Shown: in pieces, positions 26,040-39,888 of the stretch
How the letters are laid out: every line of letters starts with the position of its first letter
How positions within the stretch are numbered: the first letter of the stretch is position 1
NCBI GenBank assembly: GCA_026770705.1
Contig: JANJGN010000034.1
Location: forward strand, 5,146,001 to 5,210,000
Direction: 5' to 3'
Length of the DNA stretch: 64,000 bases
Origin: Isurus oxyrinchus
Taxonomy: Eukaryota
Notes under the pieces: model-generated
What the model was told of the DNA's origin: nothing
What the model saw: the letters and a program-made list of their open reading frames with translations, nothing else
Databases searched by the model: none
Translations under genes and position numbers: made by a program

Positions 26040-28500
26040 AAGTCATGAGAACATAAAATAAAAATTACTATTATAAGGCATGGCCTTTCGAGCCTACGCT
26101 GCCATTCAAGTCGATTTTGGTTTGTTCCTCAAGCCATTTTTGCAGCTGCTCGACTTAATCCTTAATTCCATGACAGACCAAAAATCTATTTACAGCAGCA
26201 TTAAATGTATGCAACGATTGTAATCCACAAGATAATAGGAAAGAGAACTCCTCAGGTCACACACATTGAGAAATACATTTCTTGTCATGCTGGCTCTAAA
26301 CGATGCAGTTATTAAAATGAGAATCAGGTCCAGTGTATAGGATGTCCCAAACAATGGAAACAATTTATCAAAGTACACCCAGTCAAGCCAAATCATTATC
26401 CCGTGGATGTGAAGGACATCACTATTTATTGCTCTAAACTCCAGCGGAAATAATCTCAACGACTCCTGGAACAACCACCCTGCCCACAGGACAAGGACCA
26501 ATTCACGGTACTTTAAGAGTGTCACAAGTGTGCCATTTCTTAAATGTGGTGACGGAAATTGAGAACATTCCAGATGCAGTCTAACCAAACGCTGTGCAAC
26601 TGCAGCAAGGGTTATTTAAGTTTATTTTTTCATCCCATTTGCAATAAAAGACAGCATGTTATTTTCCATCCTACTGACTTGCTGCTCCTGCATGCTAAGT
26701 TTCGTTGTTCCTTTTGCAAATGCACTCAGCCTGCTTTGAACATCATGACCATTACTTACACAACTTTCAAAAAAATATTCTGCTTTTTCAGTCTTATGGA
26801 CAAATTGAGTATCTTCACATGTTTCTTTGTTACACTTCTAATTCATTTTTTCCCAGTCATTAGTCCGTATGATTCTGCCCAGTCTGCTGTTTCAACAAAT
26901 TGTTCTCTGCCTCTTTATCTAAGTTATTTCTATAGTTGTAAAGGACTGAGGACCAACAAGTGACCTTGCAGCGTTCCACTATTTGCCGCCTTCCAACTCT
27001 GAACAAAAAGAACCCCTTTTATGCACACGCTTTTTTGTATCTGTTGACCAATCCGCTATCAATGCTGATATGCATTGCTGCATGTGCACCCATTTTTTTA
27101 AGTTAACCATTCAGATGTATTTTGTAAATCCACATACACATCATCGATTTATCCCCGTGATCCACAATACTGGTTACATCCTAATAACGTATCATTGGTT
27201 AATAAAAAATAATTTCACTTTTCTGAAACTATGTTGACTGGTCCTTGTGATATTAATGTATTCAAATTGCACTTGCTATATTTTGTTAATAATACACTGC
27301 AACATTTCCCAAGGACTGATGTTAGGCTAACTGGCCTATGGTTCACCGTGTTTCTCTATCCTGACTTTTTGGAAAAGCGGTGAAACAATTTCCGATTTCC
27401 AATTTTGTGGCACTATTTGCTGAATATAATTAATGTTCTTATAGTGATGGACAACATACTGTCTCTGCAGGTGTCTCTACCAAAACGTCTAGCGTGTAAG
27501 CCATTATGTGAAATAGATTGTACGAATCTTAGCTTCTTATATTTATCAATAATTTCCCTTTGCTGAAATTAATTTTTATAACATCCTTACATTTTTGCCC
27601 GGGATTATCGTGTATTTATTGAACAGAACTTTAGTTTTTTACTCTGAAGGCAGACACAAAATATTGTTTTAATGCGTGCGTCATTTCTTTGTTCCCCATG
27701 AAACCGTCCCTTGTGCATGTTTCCAAAGTACCAGCATTTTATTCAGCTATGCTCTTCCTTTTCATATACTCTCATTTTATTTTTTTTTCCGTTTGATCAA
27801 CTTGTTGGCGAACGTTTGTAGGTATCTGAAGCACTCCACGGACCTGAAATTATTTTAGCAGCATTATAAGGCTCTTTTTTAAAAATCCAATAATATTCTT
27901 AACTTCCCCAAAGGGCCACAGATGGATCTTTGTTGCCGAGTTCTCGTTTTTTGCTGGAGTTTATTTTGTTCAACATTTTTTATTGTTTCTTTGAACGTTA
28001 TACACTTTGAATTTCCGTCTTTATCGTTTACTGTTATTTTTTTTACCAAAATACCTCTTTCTCCCTTCACATTTATGTAATTTTTTTTCGGGTTAAATGC
28101 ATGGCTTTGGCTGTGATTGAAAAGTGCTGCTATCAAACCTCACGTAAAATTGAATGGTGTGATGATCACTATTCCAAAGTAGGCCTATTGACCTGGGATC
28201 ACGACCTGACAATGTTCACTGACACAAAGTTAGATCTAACCCTAACCCTAACTCCACTGCGTATATCTCCAAATATCTTTTATGAAACAACACAAAAACA
28301 CATTTCCCGACCATTCTTGCCAATTGATTGTCCCAGCTTAACTGAATATTAAATTCTCAAACAATAATTATAATTTATCAGTTATAATCTCAAAATGTTC
28401 TACTTATTATATTATCTGCCCAACGGCATAATGACAGATAGTGGGAGTATAAACTTCTCCCAACAATAGTCCCTGATTCCTGCTATTCCTAATTTGCCCG
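26040..28500 (-). mobile_element. degenerate CR1 ORF2, paralog of 520-3110
   Basis: ORF 26190..26588 begins VRLHLECSQFPSPHLRN. Confidence 0.8.
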
Positions 28501-28508
28501 AATACTTA

Positions 28509-28990
28509 TACTACTTAATGATCTTCGGTGGCCAGAGCCTTTTTTCACGATTAAGTGAGGCGATAGTGTAGATTTGTTGTCTCTGCACAAGGGATACTTA
28601 GACCTGCAGCAATGTTGTGGGACCCAGATTCGAATCCAAACATGACAGATGCTGTTTTTCAGTTACATCAATAAACATCTGATATGGAACAAAAACCACT
28701 TCCCATTGAAAAAAAAGGAACATCTACTTTACTGCCTTGCCCGGTTTTACTACTTAATGATCTTCGGAGGCCAGAGCCTTTTTTCACCATTAAGGGAGGT
28801 GATAGGATAGATTTATTGTCTCTGCACAAGGGATTCTTAGACCTGCAGCAATGGTGTGGGATGCAGATTCGAATCCACACACGACAGATGCTGCAATTCA
28901 GTTACATCATTAAACATTTGATATGGAATAAAAACCACTGCCGATTGTAAAAAAAAAAAAGAACATCTGGTTTACTGCCTTGCCCGGTTT
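28509..28990 (+). repeat. ~240-bp tandem duplication containing the tRNA-like SINE head
   Basis: Both units start tactacttaatgatcttcgg.ggccagagcctttttt and end tttactgccttgcccggttt. Confidence 0.9.
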
Positions 28991-31460
28991 CAAATTATTT
29001 TGACTCCTGGCTCACCACAAAAAGCTTGGCTCGTAGTTGCCCTGTGATTTTCTAGAGCTCACGGTATTAAACAGTTGGAAATTGTATAAGGAATGAAACG
29101 TGATTTGCAACTGAGCATTTACGTGGACAGTGGGAAAGGCATGGTAAACATAACCCTGTCTACCCAACAACAACATTTCTGTTAGCTTATGGAGATGTTC
29201 ATTATTCATACTCATGCCATCATGCCTTACAGGTAAAGTCCCAAACACCACTATTACCAAGCAGGGCAGGCCCGGCAGTGGTGCTAAAACAGTTGTACAC
29301 AGCAAGTGCACAGTTACCCTTGGGAACCTCAGCATTGAATCAGTCCCCATGACATCTCGTGGCATCATGTCGAACATGCAAAAGGAAACTTCCTTCGCTT
29401 GACCACATAAGCACACACCTATCCACTCCCCCTCAGAGCCCAGCTGATGAAATAACATTTCCGTTTGTTGATCGTGATTTTCACCACTTGCAAGGAGCAT
29501 TAATGATTGCACGGGTGCAGATTGTAGTCTGAGTAGGGGAGTTCAATGTCAATCGCAATATGTGTTTCAGAAGAACCATTACTGACAGAATTGACAGAGT
29601 TCTAATGGACAAATCTGCTAAATTACGAATTTGGCACGTGTTGGGGAAAAAGAAGCAAAACGAGGTGTAAAGAGATCCATGATGACATCCTCAACAATCT
29701 TCCTGCTGCAGGTGCACCTTTCCATGAAATTAATGGTAGAAGTGACCACCACATTGTCCTTCTGCAGACCATTGTCCATCTTAAAATTTTGGATGCCACC
29801 ATCGTTTTTGTTGTCCACTACAGCATTGCTCAGTAGGATCGTCTTCAAGCTGATATAGCAAATCAAAACTGGGCATCAATTAGGCTCTGCCAGACATCAA
29901 CAAGGACAGTATTATAATCATTCACAGGCCGTAACTCCAAGGCATCTACCCAATCCTGCCATTGTTGCCTGGCAACAATTTATCCTCATTAAATGAGGAG
30001 CTCTGCAGAGTATGCCAAGTTCGGAAACAGGCATACTTGAAATTGAGATATCAAACAGTGAAGCTACAATTCGTGTCGACTTCCATGCTATAGAGTGTCG
30101 GAATGAAGCGATTTTAAGCGCCACAGAATTCGACAACCGATCAAACAAATGTATGTACAGCAATCATTCCATTTCCAGGTTTTTCCTTATGTTCTTCCAA
30201 TTAATATCTCTCTGGGGCGTACAATCCAAACATATCCCCATCCTCAATAACAGTGGAGCCTAGCTTTCCAAAAGATAAGACAGAAGCATTTGCAAAAATA
30301 TTCATGCAGAAGTGCTGAGAAGATTATCCAAATTTCCCTCCCCCGATGGTTTGCAGCAGCACACATATCATGCATCAGCCAATTCGGTTCGCTCAGGTGA
30401 GTGCCCATTACCCCATGGCAGCGCTTAGTTGGCAACAAGGAGAAATTGCACAACTGAAGTCAATGGTAATCATTTAAAGCTCTGCGCTGGCTGCACTCAT
30501 AAGTTGCACAAGGGAAGTTTGTTGTGGATGTTGTTGTTTTTGTTCAAAAATTTCAAAACCAGGGCATCGATGCAGGAGTCTTGAAAGTAGTGCACTAGGT
30601 GCAACTATCTTCAGCTGTTTCATCAATGACATTCCTTCCATCACAATTTCAGAAATGGTCATGCTCGCTGGTGATTCAACAATGCTCAGCACCATTCACG
30701 TCTACCCAGATGCTGAGGCAGCTCATGTCATTTTCCACAAAACCTGGGCAATATCCTGAAATTGGTCTGACAATTGGCAAGTGGCATTCGTGCCAGACAA
30801 GTCTCAAGCAACCTCTACCTCAAAGAAGTCTCAAATTAACCATTTCAATTGTACTAACATCACTAAATCCCCCACCATTAATTCCCTGGGGTTTCCTATT
30901 CACTGGAAACGTAACTGGAATATGTTGACTTCAAGCGTACGTCTAGTAAATCACCTCCTCATTCCCATAAGCTTTTCTTTCAGCTGAAAGTTACACGTCA
31001 ACAGTGTGATGGGATACTCTCTGCTGGCCGGGACTCAATAAACTCGACATCATCCTAAAGATGGCAGCCCATTTAGCAACACTTTTTACAAAATGATTCA
31101 CTCCTTCACCACCGAAGCCGATATGCAGCATTGAGTGCCTTCTACAAGATGCATTGCAGGAACTCTTCAAAACTCCTTAGAAAGCATCTTGCACAGCCAT
31201 GATCGCTAGCAACTAGAAGCTTTAGGACAGAAAGTGCCTGCTAACACCACGAGCTGTCACTTCCTCTCTAAGACAAACAGGGCATTATCTTGGAAATATG
31301 TCCCTATTTCTTCAAAGCTGCTAGGAAAATATCTGGAACTCCCTCATAAAAGACACCGTGGGTTCACTTACAACGCATGGGCAGCAGCAAGGGCAATTAC
31401 AAATGTGCAACAAATGCTGATCTATCCGCCGATGTCCACATCCCATAAATGGATGAAACA
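28990..31460 (+). mobile_element. family B LINE, EN-RT with internal deletions and 3' UTR
   Basis: ORF 29214..29402 (VPNTTIT..GRPGSGAKTVVHS..TLGNLSIES), ARVGEKEAKRG..TIFLL (EN), LGATIFSCFINDIPSI..MLAGDSTM (RT). 3' end gggcaattac..aaatgctg..atgtccacatcccat. Confidence 0.8.
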
Positions 31461-31789
31461 GAGTATCGTCATTATGTCATCATTTAATTTAATGAATACC
31501 TGAGCACCTTTTCCCTTCTTTTTATCTTTTGGAAATATGCGCACAGGATTATGTATTTCCAAACTTGATCACCTCCTGGCCAGTATTCCGTAATGCTGAT
31601 TAAATCTAAGTTATTTACCAATATTTGTGCCATCTAATTGCATGTCTTTTATACGTTCGGATAAGGAACTGTTTGCTACAATGTCCTTATTCGCTGATGT
31701 ACATTTTAATTTTGGGATAAACATCTGCCCCTCCCTGTCCCATCCCGCTTCGATTTAACCACAGCACTCTAAAAATTTATCTAATGAAT

Positions 31790-34320
31790 AAAGAACAAAG
31801 GAAAGTACTGCATAGGAACAGGCCCTTCGTCCCTCCAAGCCTGCGCCAATCATATTTACCGTGAACTAAAACATTTTGAACTTCTGGGGTCTGTTTCCAG
31901 CTTTTGCCATCCTATTCATGTATTTGGCAAGCTGCCTCTTAAACATCACTATCGTAGCTGCTTCCAGTACCTCCTCTGGCAGCGAATTCCAAACACTCAC
32001 GACTCTCTGTGTAAAAAAACTTGGCCCGCACATCTCCTCTATAGTTTTCTCCTCTCACCTTAAATCTATACAACCTATAAATTGAGTCGTCCCTCCTGGG
32101 AAAAAGCTTCTGACTATCTACTCTGTCTATGACAATCATAATTTTGTAAACTTCTATCTTGTCGCCCCTCAATCTCCGTCTAGTGAGAACAAACCGAGTT
32201 TCTCCAATCTATTTTCATAGCTAATAACCTCCAGACCAGGGAGCATCCTGGTAAACCTCCTCTCCACCCTGCCCAACGCCTCCATATCATTCCGGTAATG
32301 TGGCGACCAATATCCCAAGTGTGGCCTCACCAAAGTTCTATACATCTGCAGCATGACGTCCCAGCTTCTATACTCAATAGCGCTGCCAATGAAGGCCAGC
32401 AGGCCATGTGCCTTCCAGACTACGTTATCCACCTGCGTTGCCATTTTCAGTAACCTGTGATCATGTACAATGAGATCCATCTGCCCATCAATGCACTTCA
32501 ATGATCTGCCATTTACTGTATAATTTACTGTATTATTCCTACCTGTATTAGACCATGCAAAATGCATTATCTCGCATCTGCCCGGATTAAAATCGTTCTG
32601 CCATTTTGCCACCCAAATCTTCCACCAATCAATATACTGTTCTATCCTTCGACAATACCCTTCACTATCTGCAATTCCTTCAATCTTCAAAATTACTAAT
32701 TAGCACAGTTCCATTTTCCTCCAAATCATTTAGTGATAATAGAAACAGCAAAGGTCCCACCACTGATCACTGTGGAACTATATTAGTCACAGCTCTCTAT
32801 TCAGAAAAGAACCCTGCACTTTCTGCCCTCTGCTTTCTATGACCAAACCAATTCTGTCTGCATCTTGCCAGCTCATGTCCGATCCCATGCGACTTTACCC
32901 TCTGTAGCAGTCTGCCATGTGGGACCTTGTCAAAGCCTTACTGAAATCCATGTATATAACATCCACTGCCCTTCCATCATCGATCATCTTTGTCACTTCC
33001 TCGAAAATCTCAATCAAGTTAGTGAGATACGAATTCCCCTTTAGAAAACATTGCTGCCTCTCACTAATATGCCCATTTCCATCCAAATGTAATAAATCCT
33101 CCCATGAAAAATCTTCTCCAATAATTGAACTACCACTGACGTAAGGCTCACCGGCCTATAATTTCCTGAATTATCCCTGCTCCCTTCTTTAACAATGGAA
33201 CAACATGTGCCATCATCCAGTTCTGTGGCACCGCAACCATAGACAGTGAGGATACAACTATTTCGGTCAAGGACCCAGCAATCTCTTCTCTTGCCTCGCA
33301 GATTACTCAGGGGTAGATCCCATCTGGCCCTGGGGACTTATCCACCTTAATATTCGTAAAAACATCTAACACCTGGTCTTCTTTTTTTCTCAACATTATC
33401 CAGGCTGTCTATATCATCTCCCCTAGACAAGTTGACCACTAAGTCCTTCTCTTTGGCGATTACTGATGAGAACTACACATTTACAATCTCTACCATTTCT
33501 TCTGGCTCCACGCACAGAATCCCACCTCAGTCCGTGAGTGGGCTTCCCCTTTCGCTGTCTGCCCTCTTGATTTTTACATATGTATAAGTGCCCTTACGAT
33601 TTTCATTAATCCTGGTTGCCAGTGACGTTTCATGACTGCCTTGAGCAATGCTGACTCTTTGCTTAAGTTTCTTCCTACTTTCTTTATATTCTCCCCTGGC
33701 ATCATATGTTCCCAGCCTTCTAGCCCTTACAAATCCTTTTCTTTTCCTTTTGGCTAATCTCGCAATATACTTCGGTATCCAAGGTTCCTGAAACTTACCA
33801 TGCTTATACGCCATTCTAGCTGGAACATGTCTGTCCTGAATTCTTATCAACTGACATTAGACAGCAACCACCCCACCAACGCGCCCCCCCCCCTCCCCTG
33901 CCCAAACCCCACATGTCAGTTGTTGATTTGCTTCAGACTTCCGCATCCAGTCTACATTCATCAGTTTCTGCCTAGTATTACTATAATTATGCCTTCCCCC
34001 AATTAAGCACCTTAACCAGAGGACTCCTGTTATTCTTATCCACCAGTACCATGAAACTTACTGAATTACGGTCTATTTTCCCGAAATGATCCCCGACTGA
34101 AAATTTGACCACATAGCAGGGTTTATTCCCAAACACCAGGTCCAGTATTGCCTCTTCACTATTTGGACTATCTACATATTTTCTAAGGAAGCTCCCAAAG
34201 ATGCACCTTAGAAATTCTTTACCATCGAAATGCCTAGCACTAAGTGATTCCCAGTCAATATATGGAAAGTTAAAATCACCCACCGCAACAACTCTATTAC
34301 TTTGAGATTTAGGCATTTCT
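31790..34320 (-). mobile_element. 5'-truncated CR1 LINE ORF2, younger
   Basis: ORFs 33987..34316 (VVAVGDFNFPYIDW..LDLVFGN), 32895..33086 (LTNLIEIFEEVTK.ID.GRAVDVIYMDFSKA) and 32169..32690 (YRTLVRPHL.YWSPHYR). Confidence 0.92.
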
Positions 34321-34689
34321 CTGAATTTCTAAATCTCCCATCACCAAAATACATGCTTAATGGTTCGTCTTTGAGCTCCATGCACATGTTATTGAAATGC
34401 CACAATGAGAATATATTGCCGCAGTGCTTTGAATTATTTGTGAAACTGGGCAAGGCTATGAAAATGTAACAGTAATTCTAAGAAATGTTATTGTCGATTC
34501 CATTGCAGGTAAATAAAGTGGTGCTTACAGATCAATGCAGCTGACAGAAAAAAAAATAACAGCATCATTGTCGAGAGTTGATAATATTAACTGTATGCTT
34601 AATGAAGAAGCAAAATTTGATTCAGAAACAGCGAGAGAAAGGAAGAGTTAGAGAGAAAGGTGGGGGGAGAGAGAGAGAGATGCACAGCG

Positions 34690-35460
34690 CTATAAGGGAC
34701 CATAACTTTTAACTTTATACATTAATGATTTACATGAAGGGACTGACGGCATCTTCGCTTAGTTTGCAGATGTTACAAAAATATTTGGAGGGATAGGATT
34801 TATGGAAAAGGCAGCGAGGCTGCAGAAGGATACGGATAGGTTTGGAGAATGGGAAAGAAGTGGGAAATGGAATAAAACGTGGGGAAGCGTGATTTCATGC
34901 ACTTTGGTAGGAAGAATAGGGGCATGGACAATTTTTTAAATGGGGAGAAAATTCTGAAAACGGGAGTGCAAAGGGGCTTGGGAGTCAGAATCCACGATTC
35001 TCTTAAGGTTAACTTGCAGGTTGAGTCGGTAGTTAGGAAAGCAAATGGAATGCTGGCTTTCATTTCGAAAGGACTAGAGTAAAAACAGCCGAGATGTGCT
35101 GATGAGGATTTAAAAGGCTCTGGTCAGAACAAATTTTGAATATTGTGAACAAATTTGGGCCCTGTATGTCAGGAACGATTTGCTGGCCCTGGAGAGGTTC
35201 CAGGGAAGGTTCCTGAGGAACCTTGTGATCCAGAAAGTGGTGGATCTATGTAAGTCATTGCCACAGAAGGCTGTAGAGGCCAGGTCATGGAGTATATTTA
35301 AGATAGAGATAGATAGGTTTTTGATTTGTAAGGGGGTCAAAGATCGTCGGAGAAGGTGGGAGGATGGGGTGGAGAATGTTATCAGCCATGATTGAATGGC
35401 GGAGCAGACTCGATGGGCCGAATGGTATAATTTCTGCTCCTATATTTAATGGTCTTATGG
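34690..35460 (+). mobile_element. 5'-truncated CR1 with ~250-bp internal deletion; same subfamily as 44850-48560
   Basis: INDLHEGT..FADVTKI; ORF 34879..35082; tail tggtcttatgg. Deletion junction at ~35215. Confidence 0.9.
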
Positions 35461-35469
35461 AATCTTTCC

Positions 35470-36290
35470 AGCAACTATCATTATAGAATGGCTTTGCTTC
35501 TTTCCAGGAAATAATTTGTGAGCAAAGTGATTCCGCATTTTGCATTCAGAGCACTCTTTTCACAATGCTGGGCATGTCTTCTATACTTTTCCCTGTGGTC
35601 TCCGCAATATTCACATATTGTACAAAGGTCTTGATATTTCCTCAGCCCACAATATGTTTGTTCTTCTCTTTAGCTGTTTTCATGCGCTTGGAAGGCTTAG
35701 AGTACTCGTCAACATGATTGCCAATCTTCCCAGATTTCCATCCATATTCTCCAGCTGATGATTTTCTTCCTCAGCAATTTAGAGCATTAAATAACTTCCT
35801 TAAGTGTAAAGTTAACTTTTGTCAGCAGGCCTTTGCTCACCACTGTATCTCTCTTTCCTAAAACAATCTCATCATTCATCAGGAAACCTTCAGTTGAACA
35901 AGTTCACAAGAGTCAGTTAGATGTCTCGCTGAAGTAATTTTCAAAATAAAGCATTTAACACATCTTCTGGACTTCTATTGTTGAACACATAACGATCATC
36001 AATTAAAATAGTGGACTGTTCAAGGCAGGTTTTCAAGGCCACCAAATTTTCACAAGACTCATTATTCATTTCTGGTCTACACTGAGGTATACTGTTTAAT
36101 GCAACTCATAACAATTTTCTCACCATTGCTGATAGCAGGGTTCCAAATCATACTTACTTGTGCAGGTTGTTTATATGAAGACGTGAAATTTTCAAGGCTG
36201 TGCCACTTTATCTGGAAGCCTGTTCGATTCAGTCCCACAAAGCCCTTCATGTTTCTATTGCATGTAATGAAACATTCAAATTGGTACTTA
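35470..36290 (-). mobile_element. Ty3/Gypsy LTR-retrotransposon gag relic
   Basis: Minus-strand translation across frameshifts: MKGFVGLNRTGFQIKW..TLLSAM..ILIDDRYVFNNRS..DSCELVQL..DEIVLGKRDTVVSKGLLTKVNFTLKEVI..CEYCG..CPAL*KECSECKMRNHFAHK. These fit Gypsy gag motifs (ERYxFxxRxQ, RDRIVLG, CPAxGKxCxxCxKxNHFA knuckle). Confidence 0.8.
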
Positions 36291-36854
36291 CCCATCTAAC
36301 ATACATGTCCATGTACAAAGTTGCAGACAAACGTTTTAAGCATGGCTTGTTGTTTTCTACGGCAGCTTGATCTCTTGCTGAACTGAGAATATGCTGATTT
36401 TTCACTCGAAACACCTCAAAGTATGTTTCAACTGCTGGAAGAAATGACTTGTGTTTCCAAGCCTGTATACACCAAGGGCAGACTACTATGGAAAGCCAAG
36501 GGCAAAACAAATTGCACAACAAAACTTCTCCAAACATTCAATGCGTGAGGTTATAATGGAGTTATATATTTTGAATGATGATGATGGGGTCAGTGGAACG
36601 CTACTGTTTAGGTGAAAAAGAGGAGAAGCCAAGGTCAGATTAATGGGTGTGCAGTTTAGTGTCCGGGAGCTGCAAGGAACTGCATTTCTGCTGATTATTC
36701 GTTAAGGATCAGATGTGTAAATATTGGAACTTTGGGTTGTCCAACACAACTGTACCATGATGGGAAGTCGTTGGATGAGGTTGTCCGAAAGGTTCAAAGC
36801 TTCAGATAATCAGGCAGAGAACCTTAGCTTTGTCCTATTGGTAAATCAGTTGGA

Positions 36855-37075
36855 ACAACCACACCTGCAAATTCCTCTCCAAGTTACACCTCACCCTGAA
36901 TTGGAACTGTATTGCCTTCCTTTATTGCTGCAACATTAGAATCGCGGGACTCCAATTCTTAAATCACTGTGGGTGTTCCAAAAGCACATGGACGGCAGTT
37001 TTTACAAGAAAGCAACCCATCCCTACTTTCTCAAGTGCAGTTCGCAAATAGCCATTAAATGCTGATGTAGTCGTC
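36855..37075 (+). mobile_element. family B LINE/SINE 3' tail fragment
   Basis: acacctgcaaattcctctccaag..ttctcaagtgcagt..taaatgctgat matches 31245-31440. Confidence 0.7.
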
Positions 37076-37199
37076 CTATTTAAGTGATATATTATATTTA
37101 GAAGGGGCGCCAAGCATTTTGGATGAAGGGGATAAACGATGGGTAGAACAGGAATGTCCAGAAAAAATACCTTGATGAGGGGGCAACTTAAATGTAATT

Positions 37200-39240
37200 A
37201 CAAACATCAAGAGCACATGTCCCAATCAGCAAATTATATCATGTGCAAATTATTGGACAGCTAACAGAAAGCTGTAATGAGGGTCAATTTGATATTTTCC
37301 ATTTTGTAAAACATTTAAAAGTGAATTATTACAGGATTCACTGCTGTGGAATCAACTACTTGCGACCTATATCAGCGTGATTAAAGTGCCCAATGACTGG
37401 TAGTTTTCTGATTATGCCAAAATATAGTTTCTTTGTGATAGTGGCAAAATAAGTGTGTGGGGAAATTAACAGTTAAAGCATAATTTTACAAAATGTTTCC
37501 ACTTTGGCAGGAATAATGCAAAAGTAGTCTTTAAATGAAAGTGAATAAAAATTGTAGGCGACATGTTAAAGAGCTATTTGTGGGTCGTTTTGTTTTGTTA
37601 AAGAGAAGTTAGTATGCAGAAACAGGTGGTGAATGGTACAGATATTGAATGTTGTCTAATGTTGCAGTTGGAATGAAATGTACAAGTATTCTCTGTATTG
37701 GCTAGCATTTCTGAATGGTTTATTGCTGTTTGTGTTTTCCAATCACTTGCCTCGTTACGAATCCAAAGAACATGCAGGGAATCAGAAGAATAGCGAAAAC
37801 AACTAACCTGGTAGAGATAATCAGGATTGATTGTAAGTAAGAAATGGCAAAAAAAAAAAAATGACGCAAGAAGCCTATCGTTCTTGACATTAGCGGTCCT
37901 TCTCGACAAATTATACCAAATAATCAGGGCTTTCCTCAAAAAGCTGCCAGGTCAAACCTTTTCATCTTCCGCCTAATAGCACACTTCGGAGGAATACAAA
38001 TGCAAGAAGAAAACAACTATTATTACTCGATGATAAGAGAATAATGATTTTTTGTCAAGTGTACCCTGATTGTCAGAGGCGTTGACATGGATAATGCATG
38101 AATTGATGCTGATAGACAGTTAACTGCCAAGATTTTGCCAATATTTGTTTATGATATAAATTAGGCAGATTGACGATGATGTCATCGAATGGCTGTGGCT
38201 TATGTTGTATAAGTGAAAAATGCGCATAATCTTTACATGTTTATGCTGTGCACAAAGAACAAGAACCCCTGCAGTACGCTGTTTAGCTTCCAGCACAAGC
38301 AATTGCTCCAGAGTGCGAGCTCTGCTGGCAATCTCAAATTTGTTGTCCACGCAGCTCCTAGTGCTCTGAGCATCACTTAATAAGGAGATAATACCCCCGG
38401 TAACATGGCCACGTTGTCACTTATACAAAAGCCAAAGTTAATTCACTGTGGACAAGATTTCGTATCCTACCATACTTTCCAATCCACTATTCACAAGAGC
38501 CAGTGGGACCAACGCTGATTCGATGACCCTGTGTATTTAAAAAATGAGTGGCAACTTGGTCAACCTAAAGCACGTGGCTACTTAAGATAGTTTTAAGAAC
38601 AGAATTAATGATAATAATAATCACCATTCCAAAAAAAGAATGGAAGAGAAAAGGCGAAAATGTATGCAAGCTAGCCTGTTGTCTCAGGTGTAAATGCTTG
38701 AATGAATTACTAAAGAAGACTTAGAAAACGGTAGCACATTCAGAGTGAGCCTGTATGGTTTTGGAAATTGAAATTATGTTTGCCGTTTATTCGAGTTATT
38801 TTAAGTTTGACAGGCAAGATGCATAAAGTTTGTTTGGATTTCGAAAATGCATTAAAAAACGTGGCACATAGAAGATTAGGATAAATATCATGGTATGATC
38901 TTCTGCTTTCTGTGGCGATGTAGTACCCTGGCCAAAGGATTGGCTCACTAACAGGAAACATAGTCACGAGAAAATGAATCATTTTCACCTTGGAAAACTG
39001 CTCCTACTGGACTGCCGCAGACATGGGTGCTGAGCCCTCATTTATTCTGCACCTATATTCGTGAAATAGATGACGGTACATGCCAAAATAATGACACGGT
39101 TGCTCACAATATGCAGGTATGTAGAAAAACAAGTTGTGAGAAAGATAGAACATTTCTGCAAAGGGATTTAGAGAGAAACAACGAGTGGGAAAAAAACTAG
39201 ATGCAACATAATGTTGGAAGATATGAGGCTATCCAGCCTG
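37200..39240 (+). mobile_element. two very old CR1 RT fragments (~37200-38120, ~38640-39240)
   Basis: Residual motifs such as VCLDFENAL..VAHRRL and gcacatgtcc..ggacagctaacagaaagc. Heavily diverged. Confidence 0.55.
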
Positions 39241-39867
39241 ATAGGGAGAGTTGCAAATCGCTTTCAGGTGCTGAGGACCTCAGCTCTTGAATTACAAATC
39301 ACTAGCTTTTCATCCTCACTGCCTTGTTTCATTCATTTTGGTCACAAAATTGGCAGATTCCATTGCAAGCTTGTGATAAACTGGATGCATGAGAATGTAT
39401 CATATTCCATTACATTCTCATGACATTCTGATTTTAAAACGGTCTGCTGAAATGCCATAGGGTACGCGCTTACTTCAATTGTAGATTATCGATGGGATCA
39501 CCTTCTTATGATACAAAAAATTGTTGTCCCAATAGAAAAAGCTTCCAAAAATTCGAAACTTCCAAACTTTTCTAACATCAGCAAAGTATTGTGTCATCAA
39601 GGAAATCCATGCAAACAATCTCGCAATTGCTATTTAATTTGACATTTTCCCCTCTCTTTATTGCTCCCGTATGCGGTTTGAATTATTCACGTCGATACAA
39701 CTGCTCTTTATTGGCCTTATGCGACTGGTAATTGTCAACCGTTTACCTTCAAAAGATTTAATTTTCATGGCGCCCATATAGTATGGCAGCACATAAGAGA
39801 AAATGAAGGGCGTGATCTATTCAAGATTTGGACGGAATATTTCATTGTTTAAACTTGCACCCTACAG

Positions 39868-39888
39868 AATTGAAGAAAGAGCAACGTG
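39868..39888 (+). CDS. 21-nt phase-1 micro-exon encoding one heptad, (E)LKKEQR
   Basis: cttgcaccctacAG|aattgaagaaagagcaacgtg|GTaaga. Canonical sites, open frame, located in a non-repeat island. Confidence 0.65.

Larger units (their letters stand above)
25700..31780 (+). repeat. ancient paralogous block of ~180-5080 plus 9399-10140
   Basis: Same order of unique spacer (ccaatg.agcta..acttc.aaatattggca; cattcgtttgacaag), CR1(-), SINE head, family-B LINE and CR1 remnant. Similarity continues at 34320-34630 vs 10140-10430. Confidence 0.8.

Noticed and set aside
34433-34508. Open frame conserved with 10232-10307 (ETGQGYENVTVILRN.. vs DTGRNSVRVTLILRT..)
   Set aside because: Both copies have an in-frame TGA upstream and no usable acceptor. 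The region is better explained as a minus-strand CR1 remnant within the duplication.
36158-36381. Two apparent minus-strand exons ending in GTAAGTA donors
   Set aside because: The phases are incompatible, and the downstream one is explained by Gypsy gag coding sequence.
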